Positions 1 to 8,114 are shown, counted from the stretch's first letter. The stretch: DNA of 10,375 nucleotides from an archaeon (GCA_043815885.1 JBDRIL010000001.1:1-10375); one strand, 5' to 3'. Translations and numbers: made by a program. The notes: generated by a model from the letters alone, not told the origin.

Positions 1-348
1 AAAATTAACTCTTGATTTACTTTTGAAATGCACTTTCTGATTAAATAATGGATGAAGTTTTGCTCGTTCTTCTTCTGACAATTTTTTTAAGCAGTTTTGG
101 CAAATCAATTTTCCTTCATAAGGATAAATACATTTAGCACAAACCGTTTTCCCGCACCTATTACACAAGTATCCAACTGGATCAAAAAAGTAAGGAGTGG
201 CTTCCCTGCAAATCGGGCACCATTGCGCCCAAAAGGGTTCTTTATCGAAGACAGCTTCTTCTTTGTCGGATGTCTCTTCAATTAATTCATCTGCTTTCCT
301 TACGTCGGTTTCTTCTCCGGTAATTTCTTCTACTTTTTCTTCGTTCAT
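1..348 (-). CDS. Cys8 zinc-finger protein (B-box/FYVE-like treble-clef spacing) with an acidic N-terminus; 3'-partial, runs off the window
   Basis: Manual translation from ATG at 348: MNEEKVEEITGEETDVRKADELIEETSDKEEAVFDKEPFWAQWCPICREATPYFFDPVGYLCNRCGKTVCAKCIYPYEGKLICQNCLKKLSEEERAKLHPLFNQKVHFKSKSRVNF... This is 116 open codons with no stop before position 1. It has four CxxC pairs and a TATA-like element at 372-379. Not in the ORF track because it has no stop codon in the window. Confidence 0.85.
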   Translation of the reverse strand, partial: MNEEKVEEITGEETDVRKADELIEETSDKEEAVFDKEPFWAQWCPICREATPYFFDPVGYLCNRCGKTVCAKCIYPYEGKLICQNCLKKLSEEERAKLHPLFNQKVHFKSKSRVNF

Positions 349-371
349 TGCTAATAATTAGTGCTTTCTAA

Positions 372-379
372 TATTTAAA
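372..379 (-). promoter_or_regulatory. TATA box for the zinc-finger gene, overlapping the polC stop codon
   Basis: TTTAAATA starting 31 nt before ATG 348. No SD is visible, which fits a leaderless or short-leader transcript. Confidence 0.55.
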
Positions 380-3300
380 CATATTCGTAAAGCGATTTCT
401 GCTCTACTTTTTCGTTTGAAAAAATCGATGCAATCTCTTTTTCAGCCAAATCAATTCTCTGCTTTAAGTAATTACTTAATTCATATTTTTCTATCAGCAT
501 TCTCGCAATCTTCAGGTATTTCTTTACTGAACCTTCTGCAATAGTTAAAATTAAATTCCCGCCACACTTAGTGCATTTCCCGATTAATGGAACCCTCCTG
601 TATTTGGCGTTGCAGGAGGTACATCTGAAATTCTGTTTGCTGAATGATCTGGCATTCCCGATGATGTCTGGAAGAAAATGAGAAAGAATTACTCTTTCCA
701 ATGCATCTTTTTTATCTACTGCCGCAATCTTTTCCTGCAGTATTGCCTGCCTTAAAACTTTTTCTTCCATTGTCTTTAGCTGAACGTATCTGCTTATCTT
801 TGGCCCTAAATCAAATGTTTCAGTTGAATGAGTGAAATTAAGTTCAGTGTACTGGTCCTTTCTCCCCAGCTTCTCTTTCACTGTTGGAACAAATTTAAGG
901 TGGGGTTCACTTAACTCTAATGTTTTTTCATAGAACTCCAATGGAAACTCAGCACATGTTTCCATTTCATATACTTCATTATCTATTTCGCTTGGATTCA
1001 ATGCAACAGTAAAAACCAATGGAGCATCCATTCTTCCGCCCCTGCTTTCAGGCAGGTAATGCTCAGAGAAATTAATTAATGGATCCAACAACAACATTAT
1101 TGAATCCTGGTCCCCGTCGCAGTCATAGACGGCTAAATTTCCGAATCCTCCAATATAAGATTTGTTTCCTTCAACCATTAAATCATAAACATATTTTTCC
1201 TTGTTTTTTATTTTCTTGATTTCCTTAATTTCATCTAAAACGAATTTCCCTATTTTTTTGATTCTTTTACCTCTAATTTGTTTCTCTTTAAGCAATTTAA
1301 TTAATTTTCTTTTTCTATTTCCTATTAATCCATTCCTGATTCTATTCAAGTCTGTTGAATAAATTCTTATTCCACAAGATTTTATTTTTTTCTTTATCCC
1401 CTTTTTCTCATAGAATTTTTTCACATAACCCGAACTGATTTCCCTTTCTTTTTCTTCAAAGAAATGAGGGAATATCCCAAGGCGATTACATAACAACCCA
1501 ATTCCATTTGTCAATCCTTCATTCACTGAAGAGGTTTTTACACAATTATAATCAACAGAACCATCCCCAGTTATGTATAATCCAAGAGCTCCCTCCACAC
1601 ATTTTTTATTTGATGACAAAACTTGAGATGGAACCTGCTTATTTTTTGCATTTGTTCCCGCACTCAGCATTTCTTTAAAGAAATCATAATAAACTCTTCC
1701 GCTCAGTGTAAGGTACTCTAAATCACCATCTTTCTTGATTGTAGCTTCTCTGCAAAAGACCCTTTTTATATTTTCTTTTATTCTGTTTGTGATTTCTTTT
1801 TCTGCTGAAACCATATTTACTTGATAAACAAATTTTTTTCTCTTTTGGTTATCTGTTGTCCTGCAATATCCTTCAGCTAAATAATGCCCAATAATTTCCC
1901 CCACTTCTTTGTTTAATTCAATTGTCGTCGGAATCGTGCTTTTTTGTTTGTTGTAACCAATTAATAGATTCTTAAAATCAAAGGCATTCTTCCCCATTTT
2001 ATTAATTATTTTTTCAAATAAGTCTAATGGAATTGAATCAAAATCAATTGCTGTGTGAATTGCCTTTCCTTGCTTATATGGATCCTTCAAATAATCTCTG
2101 TAATCCAACTTTTCAGCAACTTTCCAGCAACCACCATTCTTTTTTACCCATTCTTTTACTTCTTTTTTTGCGTTATGTATCCTCAGTTTTTGTTTAATTT
2201 CTTCTGGTTTTTTTAAGTAGAATTCTAAGACATCAATTTTTTTGGTTTCCTTTTCAGGTTTGAATTCTAATAAACTTAAAAGTTTGTCTCCCACTTTCAG
2301 GTTTCCAACTTTGTTTTTTCCAACTTTATTTTTTTCGTGAATCAGCATTTGATGATCCTTAGTTGCAGTAATTTTTCTTCCATACTTCGTTTTTATTTCA
2401 TATAATTCTTTTGGCGCTTTTTGTTTAAGCAAAGCAGTTACCCTTTCCCTTTTCAATTCTCCTTTTTTATTTATTGCATAAGTGTGGGTGTCCTCTAGTG
2501 GGATTTCTTCACATGTCCCGCCTTTATCTAATGAGCCAATCTCAGCCAAATGTAATCCTTGTTCTGAATTCAATAGAACTTGAGTGTTTCCTGTCAAACA
2601 ATTTCTCCTTTTGCACATTATAAAATAAGGATGCCCCCATCCAACTCTTGATTTAGTGTAGCCAATCACTCTTCCGACAATTCCTGCGGAAGTGTGTGGA
2701 GCAAGACTAATAACTAATTCTCCGATTAAATCCTCTTTTATTTTTGCATTATAGAAGGCTTTCATTCCATAAAATCTTTCAAGTAATTCATCAATGAATT
2801 TACTTACATTCACTAACCATTCTCCTGCCCCTTCATTTACTATTATGTCCTGGGGGAATAATTCAACCACTTGTTCTTCTTTCACTAATTCCTTTCCTTT
2901 AGCGTCTTTCCTGTAACCCAATTCCCTTGCTTTTTTTACACTCATTCCAATCTCTTTTGGCTTGAAATGAGTTATTGGGGCATTAAGTAATTCAAATCTT
3001 GAAGTAGCGTCCCTGAATATATGCACGTTGTGTTTTGCTCTAAGGATTCCTTTTTCTAATGGCTCTGCTTCCTTTGATTCATTGATTAATCCCTTTACTC
3101 CCTTCACTATTTCAGGCATCTTTACCTTTAATTTTTTCAGTGCCTTCTGGCTTAATTTCTCTAAATCGATTTCCTGTTCTTCAAATCCTTTTGTGTCTCC
3201 ATTGCATTTCTCGCATTTTTCTTTTTCAGTCAGCCTTCCGCAATTAATGCACTTGTTTACTTTAATGGTTTTTTCTCCGCACTCAGTACACACAGGCAGA

Positions 3301-5273
3301 AAACTTTTCTTATTGCATTTAAGGCATTTATATAATCCAATTTCTGCCTTTATTGGCTTTCTTTCACTGGAAGAAGATTCAATTGCTTTGTTAATGCTTC
3401 TGGTGTTTCCTCCGCTCAATCCAATTGGAAATAAAATATGGGGGTTTCCTTTCATTTCCCTGGGTTTTGCTTGTTCTGGTCTCCCCATCCTCGCCCCAAT
3501 AAATGTTCCGGCTTTATCCTTTATTTTCATTCCACTGAATTCACTTAAAACATCCAAAATATTCCCGTTTATTTCTTTTGGAACTTCTTTTGTGCTTAAT
3601 GTCCCAATGGTTTTAAGGAAAGAATAAGCAAACTCTTCTCCAACAATAATCCTTCCTTTCTCTAATTTGTGGGGTAATCCAATTCTCTCAAGCAATTCCT
3701 TTACTTTCTCCTTGTCTTCAAATTTTACTCCAACTATTTTTTCTTTTTCAAATACCTTTTCTGCCTTCCTTGCTTCCTTCATTAATTCAATTAATTCCTT
3801 TTCTTTCAGTGCAGTGTAAAAATGAAGGTATTTTGGATGCAATGGAACCTTTAACTGTAAACTCAATTCCACTGCTTCAAACTGATCCATGGAATTAATT
3901 TTCTCCAACAACTCTTCCCTCTTTTTTTCATTTAATTTTTTCCCTTTTTCCAGTGCTTTCTCCAACTCCAGTTTATACCATTCCTCCACGTAAGGAGAAG
4001 GAACTAAGGGATGGGCTGTCTTCCTGAAATCCCCTACAGTAATCAGTATGTCTCCTAAAAAAAGTATTTTTTTTATTCTTCGCTTTACTTTTTCTGCTTC
4101 CTCTATTGAATTAAGCTTTATTACTTCTCCATCTTCAAGTAATATTATTGGGCCGTCAATTGAATCACATGGAAAGAGCTGGGCTGCCTTTCCAGGGCGT
4201 TCAATCCTTATGTGTGTTCCTACTGCAATGAATTCATCCAATACAATCATTGTTGCTGGATTAATTCCTTTCCCCATTATTCCTGTATTCCTGCTTCTTC
4301 CATACCTTATCCTGAATCCCCCGTACTTCATTGGATATGCAAGGAGTGGCCTTCCTGCAGCAATCCTGTCAAGATACTTGTCTATTGGCTTTAATTCATT
4401 CTTTGCTTCCCCTGTCTTTTTTACCTTTACAATCTTTTCAAGCCAATTCCAGTCAAGGTTTAATTCTTTTGCCCATTCCATTATCTTCATTGCTTTCAAG
4501 GCAACTCCCTCGGATATAACCAACCCCATTCCCCCCCTGATTCTGTTGGAGGGAATTCTTTCCAAGTCTCTGTGCACTGATACCTCTCTTTCCTCTGTTG
4601 GCACTCCATTAACGCACACTGGACAGCCTCTTACAATTGTCCTTATTTCTTCCTCGCTCACCATATACTGTCTTGAAATTATTTCTGTCTGGTAAATCAT
4701 TATTTCTTCTACATATCTTTCCACTTCTTCATCTGTTGGCTTGTATCTATCTATATCCAGTAACTTTCTTGCATAGTCCCCTAAAATCAATGGAAGAACT
4801 GTTGCAGAACCTCCTGCTGCTCTTATTGGTCCAGCAAAATAGACATCCACATACCTGCTTCCGTCAGGGTTCTTACTAATAATTATTTTTGGAACTCCGT
4901 CTATTGGCGCTACAACCACTCCCTCTGTCTCTATAACCAGACAAGTCTTTATTGCTTGTTCAATTCTCTCTGATTGGTTTGGGATAGAGCACCATTTCTG
5001 TTCAATTATTTCCTTGAATAATCTAAAGATAACCTTCTCCCTGTCTCCTTTTTCTTCCTTGTGTAATTCCCTGAATCTTTTTGCCACTCCTTTGGGGCCA
5101 ATTATTTCCTCTGTTCTCTCAGCCAAGTCACTTACTGGAATTGATTCAACTTCTCTGTCCACATCCAGTCCTTTTTCTCTTGCTTTTTTTGCTATGCTGA
5201 ATCTTTCATTCACTTTTTCTTTTAATTCATTGAAGTAGTTATTCACTTCTTTTGTTGCAATTAATTCACTCAA
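375..5273 (-). CDS. polC: DNA polymerase D large subunit DP2, intein-containing precursor (1632 aa; 1139 aa after splicing)
   Basis: DP2 motifs: TEGVVVAPIDG, YFAGPIRAAGG, NRIRGGMGLVISEG, GGFRIRYGRSRNTG, ERPGK, FIGARMGRPE, PLEKGILRAK, LAPHTSAG, KRRN/CDGDQD and RGGRMDAPLV. Also central CxxC zinc sites, a C-terminal CTSC...CTKC site and a terminal PIP-box-like QKSLYEYV. The TTG start overlaps the DP1 TGA stop (TTGA). Confidence 0.97.
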   Translation of the reverse strand: MSELIATKEVNNYFNELKEKVNERFSIAKKAREKGLDVDREVESIPVSDLAERTEEIIGPKGVAKRFRELHKEEKGDREKVIFRLFKEIIEQKWCSIPNQSERIEQAIKTCLVIETEGVVVAPIDGVPKIIISKNPDGSRYVDVYFAGPIRAAGGSATVLPLILGDYARKLLDIDRYKPTDEEVERYVEEIMIYQTEIISRQYMVSEEEIRTIVRGCPVCVNGVPTEEREVSVHRDLERIPSNRIRGGMGLVISEGVALKAMKIMEWAKELNLDWNWLEKIVKVKKTGEAKNELKPIDKYLDRIAAGRPLLAYPMKYGGFRIRYGRSRNTGIMGKGINPATMIVLDEFIAVGTHIRIERPGKAAQLFPCDSIDGPIILLEDGEVIKLNSIEEAEKVKRRIKKILFLGDILITVGDFRKTAHPLVPSPYVEEWYKLELEKALEKGKKLNEKKREELLEKINSMDQFEAVELSLQLKVPLHPKYLHFYTALKEKELIELMKEARKAEKVFEKEKIVGVKFEDKEKVKELLERIGLPHKLEKGRIIVGEEFAYSFLKTIGTLSTKEVPKEINGNILDVLSEFSGMKIKDKAGTFIGARMGRPEQAKPREMKGNPHILFPIGLSGGNTRSINKAIESSSSERKPIKAEIGLYKCLKCNKKSFLPVCTECGEKTIKVNKCINCGRLTEKEKCEKCNGDTKGFEEQEIDLEKLSQKALKKLKVKMPEIVKGVKGLINESKEAEPLEKGILRAKHNVHIFRDATSRFELLNAPITHFKPKEIGMSVKKARELGYRKDAKGKELVKEEQVVELFPQDIIVNEGAGEWLVNVSKFIDELLERFYGMKAFYNAKIKEDLIGELVISLAPHTSAGIVGRVIGYTKSRVGWGHPYFIMCKRRNCLTGNTQVLLNSEQGLHLAEIGSLDKGGTCEEIPLEDTHTYAINKKGELKRERVTALLKQKAPKELYEIKTKYGRKITATKDHQMLIHEKNKVGKNKVGNLKVGDKLLSLLEFKPEKETKKIDVLEFYLKKPEEIKQKLRIHNAKKEVKEWVKKNGGCWKVAEKLDYRDYLKDPYKQGKAIHTAIDFDSIPLDLFEKIINKMGKNAFDFKNLLIGYNKQKSTIPTTIELNKEVGEIIGHYLAEGYCRTTDNQKRKKFVYQVNMVSAEKEITNRIKENIKRVFCREATIKKDGDLEYLTLSGRVYYDFFKEMLSAGTNAKNKQVPSQVLSSNKKCVEGALGLYITGDGSVDYNCVKTSSVNEGLTNGIGLLCNRLGIFPHFFEEKEREISSGYVKKFYEKKGIKKKIKSCGIRIYSTDLNRIRNGLIGNRKRKLIKLLKEKQIRGKRIKKIGKFVLDEIKEIKKIKNKEKYVYDLMVEGNKSYIGGFGNLAVYDCDGDQDSIMLLLDPLINFSEHYLPESRGGRMDAPLVFTVALNPSEIDNEVYEMETCAEFPLEFYEKTLELSEPHLKFVPTVKEKLGRKDQYTELNFTHSTETFDLGPKISRYVQLKTMEEKVLRQAILQEKIAAVDKKDALERVILSHFLPDIIGNARSFSKQNFRCTSCNAKYRRVPLIGKCTKCGGNLILTIAEGSVKKYLKIARMLIEKYELSNYLKQRIDLAEKEIASIFSNEKVEQKSLYEYV
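1122..2600 (-). mobile_element. Intein with LAGLIDADG (DOD) homing endonuclease in DP2 (aa 892-1384, 493 aa)
   Basis: It interrupts the conserved KRRN|CDGD motif. Block A CLTGNTQV; block B GRKITATKDH (TxxH); endonuclease motifs IGHYLAEG and LGLYITGDG; block F YVYDLMVEG; ends LAVYD before the +1 Cys. Removing it restores a normal-length DP2. Confidence 0.95.
2303..2332. repeat. 15-bp tandem duplication within the intein (encodes KNKVG-KNKVG)
   Basis: ttccaactttgtttt (2303-2317) and ttccaactttatttt (2318-2332) match at 14 of 15 positions. A third degenerate unit (NLKVG) follows in the protein. Confidence 0.6.
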
Positions 5274-6808
5274 TCCTCTTCCCCTCTTTCCTCTGATTCC
5301 ATTTCCTCTAATACTGTTCCCTCGCCTGCTTCTTCAGTGTAAAAAGCTCTTTCATGTATTTTTCCTGTATTCAATTCCAGTATTGATGCAATTCCCGGCG
5401 TGGGAGAATGGCCTTGCGTTACCTGAAATTCTGTTTTCTTCTGCCATGTTCCAGCACAAACAACTATTGTTCCCCTGTATTCTCCGTAACCATTGTGATG
5501 TAAATCCCCCCCAAAGTACAAGTCCGGAACTTCCTTCAACAGCATGTAATCCTTTTTTTCTGGAACGTATGGACGTTTCATTCCATAGCTTGGCATTAAA
5601 TCCCTTTTCTTTATTAATTCGATTACTGCGTCTTGTGGCTTATTGTAGCTTAAATAACTCACTGAGGAATACAAATCATGCAGTGAAGGCCCGTGATAAA
5701 GCAAGCATTTTAATCCTTCCACTTCAATCCATCCAGGAGAACTCAGGAAATGAAAGTTCTTTCTCTTATACAATTCAGGCACGAATTCTTTTGGCAATGC
5801 AGGCTGTGGGTCAGCAAACCTTACTGCATCATGCTGTCCTGGGATAATTACTACTTCAATGTACTCTGGAACCTCCAGCATTATTTCTTCAAGTTTCTTG
5901 TATTGCTCATAGATGTCCCTTATATTTAATTCATTTATTTGTTTTGGGTAAATCCCTATCCCATCAACACTGTCCCCCAAAACAAACAAGTACTTTATTT
6001 TTCCAACAAACTTTCTCTCCTTTTCGCTTCCAGTGTTTCCTTTCAGCCACTCAAGAAATCTCTGGAAGGAATGCTCTAGAAATAGTTTGCTTCCCACATG
6101 AAGATCGCTTATTGCAACCAAGTTCAGTGCTCTTTCGGCTTTCTTGAATTTATTCAATGGAATTTCAGGCAATATAATTTCCTTTATTATAATCATTTCC
6201 TTTGAGATCTTTGTTCCCTTCACTCCAATAACGTAGTCAGGAAGAATTCTTTCACTCTGTTTTGTTATTCTTGCATTCTCTTTTGAAATAACCCCGATGC
6301 ATTCTCCCTCCAGATCCTCCAGCCTTAGAGCAATATTTTCATTTTTTGTCTTCCATTTATCTCTAATCATTCCAATGAATTCTATTTCTGTATTGTTTCC
6401 GGCAAGCTTCACTCTCTTTATTGGAATTGGATTGAAGTTCGGCCGTTTCTTTAAAATGGCCTCAAGTGAATTAAATTTATCCTGAAAATAAGCAATGAAA
6501 TCCTTTACCTTTCCTTCAGAGGTTGACTGATTCGTTACATTTAATTCATCCAATACCTTTATCCTTGCCTCAACTTCCCTTGCGATAGGATTAAATCCTT
6601 TCTTTTTTATTATTACTTCTTTTGGTTTGGATTCATTTAATTTTTTTTCTATTGATTTCCTTGATAAAACCATTTCTTTATTCAAGGCCAATTCATCTAT
6701 AACCTTCCTGTAATCCTTTGCTCCTTCAAGCAACCCTATTGCATTTGGTTCTATCACTACATTCTTTTCTCCGGCATAATCTATTATTTTCTTTCTCTTT
6801 TCTTCCAT
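5270..6808 (-). CDS. polB: DNA polymerase D small subunit DP1 (OB-fold plus calcineurin-like 3'-5' exonuclease domain)
   Basis: OB-fold segment (IGMIRDKWKTKN...LEDLEG). Phosphoesterase motifs ISDLHVGS, GDSVDGIGIYP, PGQHDA, LYHG and GDLHH, plus GTWQKKTEFQ...PTPG. Lies directly upstream of DP2 with a 4-nt overlap. Confidence 0.96.
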   Translation of the reverse strand: MEEKRKKIIDYAGEKNVVIEPNAIGLLEGAKDYRKVIDELALNKEMVLSRKSIEKKLNESKPKEVIIKKKGFNPIAREVEARIKVLDELNVTNQSTSEGKVKDFIAYFQDKFNSLEAILKKRPNFNPIPIKRVKLAGNNTEIEFIGMIRDKWKTKNENIALRLEDLEGECIGVISKENARITKQSERILPDYVIGVKGTKISKEMIIIKEIILPEIPLNKFKKAERALNLVAISDLHVGSKLFLEHSFQRFLEWLKGNTGSEKERKFVGKIKYLFVLGDSVDGIGIYPKQINELNIRDIYEQYKKLEEIMLEVPEYIEVVIIPGQHDAVRFADPQPALPKEFVPELYKRKNFHFLSSPGWIEVEGLKCLLYHGPSLHDLYSSVSYLSYNKPQDAVIELIKKRDLMPSYGMKRPYVPEKKDYMLLKEVPDLYFGGDLHHNGYGEYRGTIVVCAGTWQKKTEFQVTQGHSPTPGIASILELNTGKIHERAFYTEEAGEGTVLEEMESEERGEED

Positions 6809-7071
6809 TACTTTACCTTCTCTTTTATTGCCTCCAATTCACTGATAAGCGTCCAGATGTCAGTTCTTGTATGGGAAGGCATATTTATGTCATTGCTTAT
6901 GTCGTCCAGCTTATATATTGCTGCAGATACATTCACTCCTAATTCTTTATTGTCTTCCTTTACCTTGTTCTTTGCTTCCTCCACTACTCTCCTGATGTTT
7001 CTTGGAACACCGTTATCCTCTATTATTGAATCCATTAATTCAAGGGCATAACTAGTGTCAATCTTCTTCAT
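6808..7071 (-). CDS. UPF0147 family protein (Ta0600-like small helical protein)
   Basis: Family signature IIEDNGVPRNIRR...LDDISNDINMPSHTRTDIW; 87 aa; strong SD upstream; TAATG stop/start overlap with DP1. Confidence 0.92.
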   Translation of the reverse strand: MKKIDTSYALELMDSIIEDNGVPRNIRRVVEEAKNKVKEDNKELGVNVSAAIYKLDDISNDINMPSHTRTDIWTLISELEAIKEKVK

Positions 7072-7076
7072 TTTTC

Positions 7077-7084
7077 ATCACCTC
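7077..7084 (-). promoter_or_regulatory. Shine-Dalgarno sequence of the UPF0147 gene
   Basis: GAGGTGAT on the minus strand, 5 nt before the ATG at 7071; matches the archaeal SD consensus GGAGGTGA. Confidence 0.8.
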
Positions 7085-7117
7085 TGAAAATTCGCCTAAA
7101 AAATAGGTTTTCTTTTC

Positions 7118-7140
7118 TCCCTTTAAATCTATTAAAGGGA
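7118..7140. promoter_or_regulatory. Perfect 9-bp inverted repeat overlapping a TATA-like TTTAAA (7122-7127) upstream of UPF0147-polB-polC; possible operator or GTPase terminator hairpin
   Basis: tccctttaa-atcta-ttaaaggga. It begins 2 nt after the GTPase stop codon. The repeat is seen directly; its function is inferred. Confidence 0.5.
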
Positions 7141-7142
7141 AA

Positions 7143-8114
7143 TTAATTTAAAATGAATTTCAGCAAGCATTCCTTTAATTCTTTCTCTTTTCCCTCTCCG
7201 CCAAGACAATACTCTCTCTCCCCAACCAATTCAATTACATTCCTCTTTTCCTTTTCCTCCACTAAATCAATTTTATTTATAACTAAAATAACTTTTATTC
7301 CCTTATTCTCTATTTCCCTCAATAGATTCAACTGCTTCTCTAACTCAAACCCGCAATGCATTGTTGGATCCAATACAAAAACAACCCTTCCTTTTAATTC
7401 CCTTAATGCACTCCCTGCCTTTCTCTCTGCCTTATTCCTTTTCTTTTCCTCTCTATCCAGCAGTCCAGGAGTATCGATTACCTGGAATTCCCTGTTCCTG
7501 ACAGTAAAATAACCTAATTCAATCTTCTTTGTAGTAAAAGGATAAGCAGCAATCTTTGGTTTTGAACCAGTCAGTCTCTTAAGCAGAGTCGTTTTCCCTG
7601 TGTTGGGGTAACCTGCAAGAATCAATGAAGGAATCTCAAATTTAATTGCAGGAAATTCCTTTAATTCCCTTTTCACTTCATTCAATTTCTTCACTGTTTT
7701 CCCTAAATCCTTTTTCAGGGAAAACATTCTTCCAAAAAACTTCTTGCTTTCCCTGAATATGTCTCCCTCTTTTTCAGCATGATAAATTGAATTAATTGCC
7801 TCAATCCTCATTCTCACAATAATCTTACTCATTCTCCCAATCCTGCTCAATTCCTTCTTCAATTCATCCACTCCAATTACTGCCTCAATCAATTGCTGGT
7901 AAAAGGGATGCATTGAATCAATCGAAGGAAATCCCTTCACATAATCCCTCAATTCCTTACTCAAATAATTAGATACTGTCTTTACCTTTATGCCCTCTCT
8001 TTTAGCCAGATACTTCTTCTTATTCCTGATCCCCTTCACGCCTGCAGCTTCCTTTTTCGCTTCTTTGAAAGCCCTCTCAATCAATTCATTCAATTCAATA
8101 AATGCTCTGGCCAA
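7143..8114 (-). CDS. NOG1-family (Obg superfamily) GTP-binding protein, probably 50S biogenesis
   Basis: N-terminal helical domain (ELIERAF; FPSIDSMHPFYQQLI), G1 GYPNTGKTT, G2 YPFTT, G3 DTPGLLDR, G4 NKID. I placed the start at TTG 8114, preceded by GGAAGGT. The ORF-track GTG at 8201 lies inside the upstream gene. The start position is uncertain. Confidence 0.88.
   Translation of the reverse strand: MARAFIELNELIERAFKEAKKEAAGVKGIRNKKKYLAKREGIKVKTVSNYLSKELRDYVKGFPSIDSMHPFYQQLIEAVIGVDELKKELSRIGRMSKIIVRMRIEAINSIYHAEKEGDIFRESKKFFGRMFSLKKDLGKTVKKLNEVKRELKEFPAIKFEIPSLILAGYPNTGKTTLLKRLTGSKPKIAAYPFTTKKIELGYFTVRNREFQVIDTPGLLDREEKKRNKAERKAGSALRELKGRVVFVLDPTMHCGFELEKQLNLLREIENKGIKVILVINKIDLVEEKEKRNVIELVGEREYCLGGEGKEKELKECLLKFILN

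Noticed and set aside
378..401. C-terminal QKSLYEYV motif and the Cys clusters in DP2 as novelties
   Set aside because: These are the expected PCNA-interacting PIP box and zinc-binding sites of DP2.
7072..7142. Replication origin next to the PolD genes
   Set aside because: The gap is only 71 nt, with no repeated ORB/G-string elements and no cdc6/orc1 in the window.
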